Below the pieces are notes generated by a model. It saw only the letters and a program-made list of their open reading frames with translations, did no database searches and was not told the DNA's origin. Below, piece after piece: positions 37,018 through 46,489 of a DNA stretch of 59,164 nt. The position numbers and the translations under genes are program-made. Numbering within the stretch: the first letter of the stretch is position 1; every line of letters starts with the position of its first letter. The stretch is from positions 1-59,164 of IMG/VR virus record IMGVR_UViG_3300016665_000396. One strand, given 5' to 3'. The stretch comes from a virus (taxonomy: Duplodnaviria; Caudoviricetes).

Positions 37018-37631
37018 CAACAACATCTTCTCCTACACTTGCTCTAAAAGGTAAACGCTATGATGTTCTCTTGATTGACCCACCGTGGGCACACTTCGGA
37101 GATCCTAACAAAGATGCTGCCGCAGGAAAATATTATCAGCTAATGACTGATACCGATGTTAACAGTCTTCCACTTAAGAAAATTCTTAAAAAGGATGCTT
37201 ACGTATTTGTGTGGGCTACTACACCACGTCTTAATGCCGCTATAGAGGCTATTAAAGCCTGGGGACTTCACTACCGAGGCGTAGGTCATATCTGGGTAAA
37301 AACACGCAAGGACGGCGGTATAATCAACGCACAAGGCATTCCTCCAACCTATAGTAAACCCACCACAGAATTCTTATTAGTTGCCACAACCAAAAAAACT
37401 GGCAGACCTATTAAACTGCTAAATTCAAAACTTCCACAAGTTGTATTGGCTCCAAGAGAGGGACATTCAACAAAGCCAGAAGTGTTTCGTCAATTGATTG
37501 AAAGTGCTTTTGGTTCTGGTTATGATATGATAGAAGTTTTTGCTCGTAAACAAGTTCCTGGCTGGGATGCCATAGGAAATGGCGTTACTAATGGCGAAGA
37601 CGTTAGAGTGTCAATAAATAATATCATATGA
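37014..37631 (+). CDS. MT-A70-family adenine methyltransferase
   Basis: DPPW, FVWAT, WVK, TEFLL, HSTKP, EVFAR..GW. Confidence 0.9.
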   Translation: MTTTSSPTLALKGKRYDVLLIDPPWAHFGDPNKDAAAGKYYQLMTDTDVNSLPLKKILKKDAYVFVWATTPRLNAAIEAIKAWGLHYRGVGHIWVKTRKDGGIINAQGIPPTYSKPTTEFLLVATTKKTGRPIKLLNSKLPQVVLAPREGHSTKPEVFRQLIESAFGSGYDMIEVFARKQVPGWDAIGNGVTNGEDVRVSINNII

Positions 37632-37900
37632 AAAAGCCGAAAAAGAAATTAATTAAGATATGGTGGAAGATACCAACTATTGATGATATTCCTACAAATG
37701 AGGCAAGAGAACTTATATATCGTTCAATGCAAATAGCATCGGATGCTCTTTATTATTATCATGGTGTTTTAGAAGAACCAAACTATTTTAGAACATTTTG
37801 GTTTATGACAGAAGCAGATAAAGGTGTTCAAATGGTCAACTATCTTATTAAAAGAATGGATGATCCACGTATTGAATATCATGCAGAAGTAAGATACTAA
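37628..37900 (+). CDS. Hypothetical protein
   Basis: ATGA-coupled ORF. Confidence 0.6.
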   Translation: MKKPKKKLIKIWWKIPTIDDIPTNEARELIYRSMQIASDALYYYHGVLEEPNYFRTFWFMTEADKGVQMVNYLIKRMDDPRIEYHAEVRY

Positions 37901-37950
37901 AAAAGGCGACCCATTTCGGAGTCGCCTTTATCATTTGTTATGTTTTAGCT

Positions 37951-38709
37951 TTAGTGCTTGTTATAACCGCTATATTCCCTTGCTGCATTAACCTGCACAA
38001 CCTCACGATCACGATCATTCGGTCCAGTAAGAATCATAGCCGTTAGACGACCACCAAACACGCAGCCGGTGTCAATACCATAGCATCCAGCACCATTCGT
38101 GCCCTTCCACATATAGATACCTTCACGACCAACAACGTTATGCCCGAAGATAACATCACGGGTATCATCCCATAGATCCGCCCAAAAGACAGAACCAGCG
38201 GGCTGACGAAAACCAGGCATATCAAGCGGCATCATACGGTGAGTTTCCGGATGAATAAACCGCACCATCGTCATAGTCTCCTTATTCTGCCTATGAAGCT
38301 GAATACCGGGAGCAAAACCAGCGTGAACCACTAGAGCATTATGCTCCGGAAGCTCAATATAGAAAGGCAGACCTTCAAGCCATGCAATCTCAATATCGCC
38401 AAGCTGATTAATGGTATTCTCCTGATCCGGATCGGGATACATAGGGTTCCGGTAATTCGGATTAATCCCAGCCTTAAGCATATGCTTACGCCGACGAAGA
38501 AGCTTTGCATCATGGTTGCCCTGGACTGCATCTGCACCAAGTTCCATCGCATAACGCACAACCCCTGCGCTATCCGGACCACGATCCACTAGATCACCGG
38601 CAACGATTAGACGATCAATACCCTGCCGATAATCAACACGATTCATAAGCGCCCGAAACTCGTCGAGACACCCATGCACATCGCCCACAACAATTGTTCG
38701 CTTAACCAT
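37951..38709 (-). CDS. Calcineurin-like metallophosphoesterase (ApaH/PrpE/PPP-like)
   Basis: GDVHG, GDLVDRGP, GNHD, VHAG, FGH, IDTG. Confidence 0.92.
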   Translation of the reverse strand: MVKRTIVVGDVHGCLDEFRALMNRVDYRQGIDRLIVAGDLVDRGPDSAGVVRYAMELGADAVQGNHDAKLLRRRKHMLKAGINPNYRNPMYPDPDQENTINQLGDIEIAWLEGLPFYIELPEHNALVVHAGFAPGIQLHRQNKETMTMVRFIHPETHRMMPLDMPGFRQPAGSVFWADLWDDTRDVIFGHNVVGREGIYMWKGTNGAGCYGIDTGCVFGGRLTAMILTGPNDRDREVVQVNAAREYSGYNKH

Positions 38710-38773
38710 ATTATTATAATAACAAAAAACCCCTGATTTCTCAAGGGTTAAATATCCTAGATTTTATAGTGTT

Positions 38774-39703
38774 TCAACAGGAAATATTGAACTTGGTTCG
38801 CATATCAAGAAGCGCAAGATTCTTATGCTTGGCTTCTACATCAACGTCAACAGTATCGGAGCGCATAGCCTCAAGCTGCATATCAGGGATACGATGAATA
38901 TACTGCGAATGAGCACGCTTCTGATTAAAAGCCGCATTCTCAAACCCTGGCTCCGTATTGCTAATATGCTGCAAAGGCTTGATATCTCCCCAGGTAGCAC
39001 GGGTATCATCAAAAGCCTTGGCAAAGGACATATTGCCGGTATTGAAAGTAAAATGGTGGCTATCAAACACTACCGGAACACCACAACGATCATGCACATC
39101 AAGTAGCTGCGGGACATTATAGCACTTCTCGTCATTCTCAAGGGTAAGACGTGAACGGACGTTATCAGGGAGAGAACGATAAACGCTTACGAGAGAATCT
39201 GACCGATTTGCTTTACCGCCATGAATGTTAATAGCTGCATAGCTTGAAAGGGGTAGACCCATACAGTCAAAAACCCATGCATGATATTCAAGCTCTGTAA
39301 TGCTGTTCTTGATAACATTTGCGTTGTCGCTGGAAATAACTGTAAACTGTCCAGGGTGAGTAGTGACTCGGATGCCATTATCTGTAAACAACTTGCCCAG
39401 CTTTGCAAGCTTGCCAACAAGAATAGCATCGTCCTTAATCATCTGACTATTCTGATCCCACAGGGGCAATAGGCTGGATGAAAGCCGAAATGAACGGATA
39501 TTGAGCGAAACAAGCTTTGGCACAAGCTTGATATGCTGATCAACGTTATGATGATAGGTAGAACGAATACGATTAAGGGGATACTTGCCAGCCTTGAAGG
39601 CACCTAACTGCAAGGTCTTTTCCTCAATGATATTCTTAAAGACGACATTACCCGTTCGCTTCTTAACAGGCTGGATGAATTGGCAGCAAAGTCCGAGGCT
39701 CAT
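38774..39703 (-). CDS. uvsE: UV damage endonuclease
   Basis: FRLSS, HPGQF, LTLENDE, FDSHH, QHIS, VEAKHK. Confidence 0.93.
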   Translation of the reverse strand: MSLGLCCQFIQPVKKRTGNVVFKNIIEEKTLQLGAFKAGKYPLNRIRSTYHHNVDQHIKLVPKLVSLNIRSFRLSSSLLPLWDQNSQMIKDDAILVGKLAKLGKLFTDNGIRVTTHPGQFTVISSDNANVIKNSITELEYHAWVFDCMGLPLSSYAAINIHGGKANRSDSLVSVYRSLPDNVRSRLTLENDEKCYNVPQLLDVHDRCGVPVVFDSHHFTFNTGNMSFAKAFDDTRATWGDIKPLQHISNTEPGFENAAFNQKRAHSQYIHRIPDMQLEAMRSDTVDVDVEAKHKNLALLDMRTKFNISC

Positions 39704-39741
39704 ATCTACACCTTATCAGGAAAAAGAGGGATTATAAACTA

Positions 39742-39975
39742 TTATTCGTTTGAAGGGACAAGTTCAATATCCGCTTCATCAACGTAGCACTTTGTTTCAC
39801 CGACAAGGATTAGTGCTTGCTGAACGGCTCCACTATGCTTTGAAGCTGCCCACTTAAGATAAAGCCCGATTTGATCCGCATGAAAGTCAAACCAGTCTGC
39901 CGAGGCGATATTAACACAACGGACAAACTTAAAAGGTCGCTTAATCCGAATCAAATCACCGGGCTTAAAGTTCAC
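39742..39975 (-). CDS. Hypothetical protein (dispersed small family)
   Basis: FKPGDLIRI...QIGLYL. Confidence 0.65.
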   Translation of the reverse strand: MNFKPGDLIRIKRPFKFVRCVNIASADWFDFHADQIGLYLKWAASKHSGAVQQALILVGETKCYVDEADIELVPSNE

Positions 39976-39994
39976 AGCGAAAGACTCCGCTTAT

Positions 39995-40204
39995 TCACCA
40001 GGGAAAATCATCGTGCAGACCATCATTGAGCTCTGCATCAACCGCAAACGTCCACGGCGACACATGACGGTCGGCGGTCGCAGCCGCCGACGCCATATCC
40101 TCAAAACCGTTGCACTCGGGGCACGCTTCCCAATGCCAATGGATGCCCTCGTCCTGAACCATCACACGACCCTCACCCGAACACTTCTGGCAATGCATCA
40201 TCAT
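39995..40204 (-). CDS. Small Zn-finger protein
   Basis: CQKCSGEG...CPECNG. Confidence 0.7.
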   Translation of the reverse strand: MMMHCQKCSGEGRVMVQDEGIHWHWEACPECNGFEDMASAAATADRHVSPWTFAVDAELNDGLHDDFPW

Positions 40205-40213
40205 TCTCCCTTA

Positions 40214-40504
40214 TCAGTTGGAAAGGCTATTCACAAGGAAAGAGGCAAGCTCACGAACACCAGCACTATCCGGATTATAAGCACCGATACGGACCATGCC
40301 CCACCGAGCATAAACGTAAAACGTCTCACCCGTTTCCTCGCAAACGAAACCGACCTCCATAGCGGAATAACCGCTATCGGTGTCGCCCCAGCCTTCCATG
40401 CGCCCAGCAGCGAACGTGGAAAGCACATGATCCATATTCACATTGTCAACGTGGAGTGCAAGGGACATTCCACAAATATCAACCGGACGGGCAGCGAAGT
40501 TCAT
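40214..40504 (-). CDS. Hypothetical early protein
   Basis: GC-rich ORF in the early cluster. Confidence 0.65.
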   Translation of the reverse strand: MNFAARPVDICGMSLALHVDNVNMDHVLSTFAAGRMEGWGDTDSGYSAMEVGFVCEETGETFYVYARWGMVRIGAYNPDSAGVRELASFLVNSLSN

Positions 40505-40549
40505 TTCTTTTCTTTCTTTTAGCTTTAGATTAGGAAGTTTATAGCTTAA

Positions 40550-40822
40550 TCAATAACGCTCGTTATCGTAGACCTGCGAGGCAAGCTCTGCGAGCGCAGC
40601 CTGACGGCGCTCCTCGGCGCTACGAAGGTCATTAGCCCTACGGCAGCAGGGACAGCGGACCATGCGATATCGGCTCACACCGAAACCACGTCCATCACCC
40701 TGCGACCAACCCTCACGCACGTCCGAAGGGACATACGAGAACACCGCAGCGCAGAACTCGCACGGACGCTCAACACGGACGCCACGAACACGACGGGGAG
40801 CAGCAACAACCTTGACCGACAT
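40550..40822 (-). CDS. Zn-ribbon protein
   Basis: CEFC...CPCC; TTGAAA-17-TATTCT promoter. Confidence 0.7.
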   Translation of the reverse strand: MSVKVVAAPRRVRGVRVERPCEFCAAVFSYVPSDVREGWSQGDGRGFGVSRYRMVRCPCCRRANDLRSAEERRQAALAELASQVYDNERY

Positions 40823-40914
40823 AATCTCTCTCTTTCCTTCTCTCTATCTATATACAGAATAGCAGGGGTAGAGGATATTTTCAAGTAATAAAAAGAAAAA
40901 TAAAACCCTTATTT

Positions 40915-41229
40915 TTATAGGCGAATCGGGTCAATGGGACGATATTCGTGAACCTGATATAGCTCCGGATAGATCAACCAGCCTAGCCGTTCACCCCACA
41001 ATACCTTATAAGCTGCGAAATAACCGGGACACCGCTGACGACCACCGGGACCACCAACAAACATGAAAATACCGCCATGAGGGATACGCTCATATTCTGC
41101 ATAGCGAAAGCTTGGATAGGCGGCCTTATCGCTAAAAATAAATCCCGGCGTGTAATAGTTCCGATAAAGCTTACCCGAAGTAGGGTTCCACTTACAAACC
41201 AGAGTATGCCAGCCGGGATTTAGATGCAT
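40915..41229 (-). CDS. Hypothetical protein (dispersed small family)
   Basis: SGKLY...PHGGIFMFVG...YKVLW. Confidence 0.6.
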   Translation of the reverse strand: MHLNPGWHTLVCKWNPTSGKLYRNYYTPGFIFSDKAAYPSFRYAEYERIPHGGIFMFVGGPGGRQRCPGYFAAYKVLWGERLGWLIYPELYQVHEYRPIDPIRL

Positions 41230-41233
41230 TTAA

Positions 41234-41458
41234 TCAGTCAATAAGATTTAGATTATAAAGACGGAGAACAGCCTCACGGAGAGAAATGCCAGTAGCGTTG
41301 GCAAAATGCTGTGCTGCATTGATCTGATCTGCTGATAGATGAACGGGACCACCACCAGAATCATCATCCATATTGTTGGCCATATTCCGAAGACCTGCTT
41401 CTGCAAGACGTGCCGCAATACCCGCTGCAAAAAGCTTACCTGCCCATGATAGACGCAT
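41234..41458 (-). CDS. Hypothetical protein
   Basis: ORF with SD. Confidence 0.65.
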   Translation of the reverse strand: MRLSWAGKLFAAGIAARLAEAGLRNMANNMDDDSGGGPVHLSADQINAAQHFANATGISLREAVLRLYNLNLID

Positions 41459-41493
41459 AATATACCTATTCTTTCTTTCTTACTATTAACTAG

Positions 41494-41700
41494 TCAATTT
41501 GTGAACTTAAATTGACGCACAATCGTATTATTGATCCACTTGCTATCACCCGGCTTATCCGAGAAAGCAATTAGATAACGACGCTCATACTCCGAAACGT
41601 CAATTGCAACCACCTCAACCTCATAAGGCTTGCCAAGCACATTCATGCGAAGCTTCTCACCCTTGTTAAGCAACTTTTCAAGATCACCAACCATGTTCAA
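41494..41700 (-). CDS. Hypothetical protein
   Basis: SD AAGGAG; ATG at 41694 is the likelier start. Confidence 0.65.
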   Translation of the reverse strand: MNMVGDLEKLLNKGEKLRMNVLGKPYEVEVVAIDVSEYERRYLIAFSDKPGDSKWINNTIVRQFKFTN

Positions 41701-41734
41701 TTCTCCTTTTATCTTAAGATATGGTTAAGATAAA

Positions 41735-41878
41735 TCAGTCCTCAAAAATGTCAAGGACCGTGAGAAAATTCTTGTTTCGAGCACGGAACTTCTGGCGTGC
41801 ATCTGCGACAGACGTTGCACGCTGGGACTCCCAAACAACCGAACCATTGAACGAATAGATGATCGTGTAATTCTTCAT
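41735..41878 (-). CDS. 47-aa early protein not in the ORF track (MKNYTIIYSFNGSVVWESQRATSVADARQKFRARNKNFLTVLDIFED)
   Basis: TTTAAA-17-TATATT-7 nt-ATG; early-type codon usage. Confidence 0.7.
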   Translation of the reverse strand: MKNYTIIYSFNGSVVWESQRATSVADARQKFRARNKNFLTVLDIFED

Positions 41879-41981
41879 ATAAATAAATATAACACACCAT
41901 TCAGAGAATTTAAAGTAATAAAAAACCCCGGAAATCTGGGGCTTTCCGGGGTTTAATCTTTGGAGGAAGAAGAGGATTTAA

Positions 41982-42290
41982 TCAATCAAGTAATGACGGA
42001 GGTGCAGGTTCTGATGCGGTTAAGTTAGCTTCATTCTCTTGCATCTTTTGTTCAGCCTGTTTATTAAGACCTTCAACCATACGGTTATAACTCTCAACAT
42101 ACTCTGGACAGAGAGTAACATATCTCTTGTCTTCTGGATGAACTTCTACTACTAATGAACGAAGATGATCTACAATGTTTGTTCCAGTAAGAAGAGAAAG
42201 TTGAACCAACTCTCTTACCATTGCAATAACGTTATCATCTACTTTATAAAGTGTTCTATTTGCTTCTGTTGTTACTGTTTCTTCTGACAT
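41982..42290 (-). CDS. Hypothetical phage protein
   Basis: ELVQLSLLTGTNIVDHLR; SD AAAGGA. Confidence 0.7.
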   Translation of the reverse strand: MSEETVTTEANRTLYKVDDNVIAMVRELVQLSLLTGTNIVDHLRSLVVEVHPEDKRYVTLCPEYVESYNRMVEGLNKQAEQKMQENEANLTASEPAPPSLLD

Positions 42291-42406
42291 AACCATTCCT
42301 TTTAGGAAGAGTTTAGGGAATGTAACCAAAAACGTATAACAGAAAAACACAAACAACAAGGATTATTCCTGGTATTGGATCATGTTCATCTAACATAATA
42401 TTGCCT

Positions 42407-42805
42407 TTATCGCATGAATTCAACAGCAAGACCTTCTTTAACAAGTGTATCATTTAAAGATATCGTTTCTTTTGTAAATCCTACAGGATAAACTTCTATC
42501 AACCATCTACCATATTTCTCTTGTCGGAGTTCTTTACCATTATGACTACAAATGATAACATAACCGTCAGGAGCATTTGTCTTTAACCATTCTTCTACAC
42601 GTCCTTTAGTGCCAAGACCTCTTAATAATTCCTCTTCATCTTTTGGATGAGAAATTTCTGGAGCATTTATACCCCAAAGACGTGCTTTAACATCTTTAAA
42701 AAGACCAAAACCAAGGTCTATTAGAATATCAACGGTATCTCCATCAATGACTCTATTGACCTTGGCTTTGTAGAAATAAACTAACTTTTCTGTTGCAGTT
42801 AACAT
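42407..42805 (-). CDS. Thermonuclease (SNase-like)
   Basis: VIDGDT, RLWGINAPE, KYGR. Confidence 0.88.
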   Translation of the reverse strand: MLTATEKLVYFYKAKVNRVIDGDTVDILIDLGFGLFKDVKARLWGINAPEISHPKDEEELLRGLGTKGRVEEWLKTNAPDGYVIICSHNGKELRQEKYGRWLIEVYPVGFTKETISLNDTLVKEGLAVEFMR

Positions 42806-42835
42806 ACGGTTAAATATTAACCGCATATCTTATTG

Positions 42836-43918
42836 TCAGAGTATTTGAGCAGCGATAAGACAACCACGGGCAACAGCATGAAGTGGATCCTTAGCGTGTC
42901 TTACTTCTTTGACAGTAACAGGGAAACCATTAGCTTCAAGCTTTCTTGCAAATGTAGAAACAAATCCCTTAGCCTGGGTAGTTCCTCCCCCTACTACTAC
43001 CGGTAGAGGATCCTTAAACTTTGGTAGATCCTTATGATCTGCAAGAGCAGCAGCAAGTTGCTTTGTAGTGTAATCAATAAGACGCTCGTAGTAAGCAGCT
43101 ACAGCAGCAAGAATCTGATTATCATGTGGTTGACCGATGGTAAAGTCTCCCTCTTCCTTCTCAGCCTGAACAATACTATCTGTCTGTCCAGTAGCAACAG
43201 CAGCCATACGATCAATCCAGTCGCCACTCTTTGTGGTAGAGAAGGTCAATACAGGTTCACCATTAAGCATTACACAGACGTTAACCATGCCAGCGCCCCA
43301 TGATAGAGCAACGCCGGTATAATCGTCGTTCTCAAGTTCTGAATAACAAAGAGCTTCTGCCTCATTGATAGCCCTTGGAGCATAACCAACATCGGATAGA
43401 ATCTTCTTTACAACGTCTTCATGATATCCGACATCAAACTCTTCATCTTCTTGATCAATAGGCTGTGCAGGAATGCAGAATACAAGCTTTTCACCCTGTT
43501 CTGCTGGTGTTCCAGCTACTTCCTTAAGAATATATGATAGAACCTTACGGGCATCCTTCTCTTTTGAAGAAACAACACCACGGAACATAGGACGCTTTGC
43601 GCTATCATTACGCTCTACAGCCTTTTCAATAGCATCCTTGCCGAGAAGGATAAAGGTTCCATCTGTATCCTTTACAAAAGTTTTACCAACCAAACCCTTT
43701 TCAATCATCTTTGCAGCGATTGGAGTTGAAGGCTTGATTACATAGAATGCATCACGAAAATCTTTATATTGAACTGTTCCTTCTTCATGTTCAGATGCCA
43801 ACACAACGAATGATGTGCCAACGTCTAAACCTCTACCTAGCTTTGTCATCTTTTTGCTCCTCTTCTGTTTCTTTTCCATAGTTTCTAGTTCTTCTGGTGA
43901 TATTATTTTAAAACCCAT
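42836..43918 (-). CDS. Actin-like ATPase (MreB/ParM/MamK superfamily)
   Basis: GLDVGT, INEAEA, SWGAG, VVGGGT, AVARG; alternative start at 43849. Confidence 0.85.
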   Translation of the reverse strand: MGFKIISPEELETMEKKQKRSKKMTKLGRGLDVGTSFVVLASEHEEGTVQYKDFRDAFYVIKPSTPIAAKMIEKGLVGKTFVKDTDGTFILLGKDAIEKAVERNDSAKRPMFRGVVSSKEKDARKVLSYILKEVAGTPAEQGEKLVFCIPAQPIDQEDEEFDVGYHEDVVKKILSDVGYAPRAINEAEALCYSELENDDYTGVALSWGAGMVNVCVMLNGEPVLTFSTTKSGDWIDRMAAVATGQTDSIVQAEKEEGDFTIGQPHDNQILAAVAAYYERLIDYTTKQLAAALADHKDLPKFKDPLPVVVGGGTTQAKGFVSTFARKLEANGFPVTVKEVRHAKDPLHAVARGCLIAAQIL

Positions 43919-44289
43919 CAGTCCTCTTTAGACTTTTTTAATGATGCCAGCTTTGAAACATTAGCACTTAAACCTTCGTCTTTGGCTACTGTTGTCTTAC
44001 CAAGATCATCAAACTTTTTTTCAAGACTATCAGTTTTGACTTCGGTTATAAACTTCCTATCATCAATCTCAATCTTACGCAATCCTCCAAAAGAACTTTT
44101 ATTTGAGTTTTCTGATGATGCTCTTGATATAAAACTAACTGGCTTCTCTGCTACTGGTTCTGGATTAATATTTTGAGCTATTGGATTTTGAATATTTACA
44201 TTAATTGGCGTAGGATTATCCATCTTGCTTAAGATATAACCAAGACTAAAAACTATGAAATAGCTTGCAAATATTAAGAAAGATTCCAT
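43918..44289 (-). CDS. Single-pass membrane protein
   Basis: N-terminal TM; TGATG overlap with the actin-like gene. Confidence 0.7.
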   Translation of the reverse strand: MESFLIFASYFIVFSLGYILSKMDNPTPINVNIQNPIAQNINPEPVAEKPVSFISRASSENSNKSSFGGLRKIEIDDRKFITEVKTDSLEKKFDDLGKTTVAKDEGLSANVSKLASLKKSKED

Positions 44290-44290
44290 A

Positions 44291-44989
44291 TCAGGTCTTA
44301 GCCTTTTCCTTTGCCTTTTGTTCTCTCAAGTATTTGCTATAGCAGTCATTGTGAACAATGGTCTTGCCAGCCTTAAGTTCTTCTTCTGGAATTGTGCCCT
44401 CAACCTCCAACCCACAGAGCGCACAATTAGGCTTTTTTACTGGGGCGGCCTCTTCTTTTTTTTCATTGTTTGCCAATGGAGTTGTTGCCGCTGGTGCTAC
44501 TTCCTTCTTCACTCCAACATGATCTATAACCTTTTGAACCGATGCTGTAGCATTTACCGCTGGTGGAACTGTTGAAACAGGCGGAGGAGCAACAGTAGGA
44601 GGTGTAGGCGCAGGAGCAGCTACAGGTGCAGGTTTTGGTTCTGGAGGGTTTGTTACAACCGATTCTTGTTTAATTTCTGGCTTTGATGTAACTGGCTCTG
44701 TATTTTCTACCTTTTGCGAACCACCATCTTTGAATAAACCAAGTAAACCATAACCAACGATATCTCCATAAGGACTTTCTCCAAAAGCATCCTTACGTGT
44801 TGCAATACGCTTAAGTTTATCAAAAATACGAACTACACATAGCATATCTGTATATGAATCTACTGGTATTCCATCTGGATATAGCAACTTTAAGAAGTCT
44901 CCAGCCTGATCAAATGATGATCCATAAGCCGCATTCTTTTCATCAACCAACTTGCCGATTCTTTCGGCTAATTCTGTATATTTTCCCAT
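44291..44989 (-). CDS. DUF1599/Nmad1-like domain, Pro-rich linker and Zn-finger
   Basis: EKNAAYGSSF, RIFDKLKRI, DIVGY; CALC...HNDC. Confidence 0.7.
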   Translation of the reverse strand: MGKYTELAERIGKLVDEKNAAYGSSFDQAGDFLKLLYPDGIPVDSYTDMLCVVRIFDKLKRIATRKDAFGESPYGDIVGYGLLGLFKDGGSQKVENTEPVTSKPEIKQESVVTNPPEPKPAPVAAPAPTPPTVAPPPVSTVPPAVNATASVQKVIDHVGVKKEVAPAATTPLANNEKKEEAAPVKKPNCALCGLEVEGTIPEEELKAGKTIVHNDCYSKYLREQKAKEKAKT

Positions 44990-45113
44990 TTTACCTCTAT
45001 CGATTAAAAAGGAGCTTAACATATCGGAATATCTTTTTATATTCGCAAAACAAAAAAGACAGGAGGTTAATCCTGTCTTCTTATAAATGTAATATATTTA
45101 AAGGTGCCTTATG

Positions 45114-45545
45114 TCAGCCCAAACCGTTGTAACCTAAGCCTCTATTCTCATATTGGAGAATCTGAGCGTCAGAACCGCTAAATACGTTAAGGGCTCCAGT
45201 AAGAAGATAATAATCTCTTCTTGGAATAGTTGTTAATCCTGCAACTACTTCATATGTTACGGAACCAGCTTGTGCAGATAGATAAATGTCTGTAACTCTT
45301 AAACGACCACCATAAGAACCACTTACTGGCAATGTAAAGAAGTTTGAACCTGCCAATCCATTTGCAGTAAATGCAATTTTAAGAACACCATCTGAGTTAT
45401 TCTTAACTGTTATTTCATTTGTAACAAATGGAAATTGAACATTTGATACGGATCCAGCAGAGGCTACCGATTGAGTTACATACGGTAAACCACTTGCTTG
45501 ATATTCTGCTACGTTATTGGGACCGGTTCTATAATTGAATGCCAT
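45114..45545 (-). CDS. Putative virion structural protein
   Basis: Beta-rich; TATTTA motif just before ATG. Confidence 0.6.
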   Translation of the reverse strand: MAFNYRTGPNNVAEYQASGLPYVTQSVASAGSVSNVQFPFVTNEITVKNNSDGVLKIAFTANGLAGSNFFTLPVSGSYGGRLRVTDIYLSAQAGSVTYEVVAGLTTIPRRDYYLLTGALNVFSGSDAQILQYENRGLGYNGLG

Positions 45546-45563
45546 ATTCGTTAAATATTAGGC

Positions 45564-46235
45564 TCATTCAAAAGGTTCTCTAATCTTTCCACTTTCATCC
45601 ACTAACTTAAACGCCTTAAGTGTATGTTCAAATGGATTTCCTTCAATAGCAACTACCTGTTCAAGCATCTGTCTGGCAATATCTCTTATTTCTACCTGGG
45701 CATGAGTAGAATATCTTAATCCAAGGAAATGAGCAAAAGAACGGAAGTTAAACATTACATCAGCCGTCAACTGATTACCGTATGGCAAATATAGACGAGC
45801 ACTCTCTTTTGCACGCTTACGAGATACACCCTTGGCAACAAGACGATTTAAACATTCATGGTAGCTATTAAGACTACCTTCCATGTGTTCTACATAAAGC
45901 TTTACTTCTTCATCATCCCAATCCTGGGGAACATAATACTTATCGTCCTTAAGTTCCTTATAACGGGCACTTTCACCATTCACAGATACACCAATACGAT
46001 GTTTGATGATATGAATATGTGAAGCAACCTCGGTTGTAACAAGGAAATGAAGACTTGACTTTTCAAATGGAGTTTCGTGATGATTCTCAGCAAGCATCTT
46101 TAGTAGAGCCGGCATTCTATTCATCTTAGCTTCATCAATATCTCTAACTGTGCTGGTCCAAGCCGATTGAGCATGAGTTAGGTCACCCCCATAATGCCCA
46201 AGGAGTTCTACTTTATTCTGATGTTCTTCTTTCAT
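45564..46235 (-). CDS. thyX: Flavin-dependent thymidylate synthase
   Basis: HETPFE, KHR...SARY, ARLYLP, HAQVEIR. Confidence 0.92.
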   Translation of the reverse strand: MKEEHQNKVELLGHYGGDLTHAQSAWTSTVRDIDEAKMNRMPALLKMLAENHHETPFEKSSLHFLVTTEVASHIHIIKHRIGVSVNGESARYKELKDDKYYVPQDWDDEEVKLYVEHMEGSLNSYHECLNRLVAKGVSRKRAKESARLYLPYGNQLTADVMFNFRSFAHFLGLRYSTHAQVEIRDIARQMLEQVVAIEGNPFEHTLKAFKLVDESGKIREPFE

Positions 46236-46489
46236 ACACTTTCTCCATCCCAATTTTTCCATGACACATAAGGCAAGCTATCATCTTCAAGGTTTGATTT
46301 CATTTGTAGAACAAGCTCGTAGGCTTCTCCATCATGGCATTGCATTTCTACAACAACTTCTTTTTCTGATTTACCAGAAGATATAAGTTGATTAATGGCT
46401 TTTTGTAGTGCTTCTAAAGCTTCTCTTGTTCCAGTTATACGTGCTTCTTCATGTTGTTGATATTGTGCATGAATATGAAGTGATTTCAT
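46232..46489 (-). CDS. Hypothetical protein
   Basis: ATGA-coupled ORF. Confidence 0.7.
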   Translation of the reverse strand: MKSLHIHAQYQQHEEARITGTREALEALQKAINQLISSGKSEKEVVVEMQCHDGEAYELVLQMKSNLEDDSLPYVSWKNWDGESV

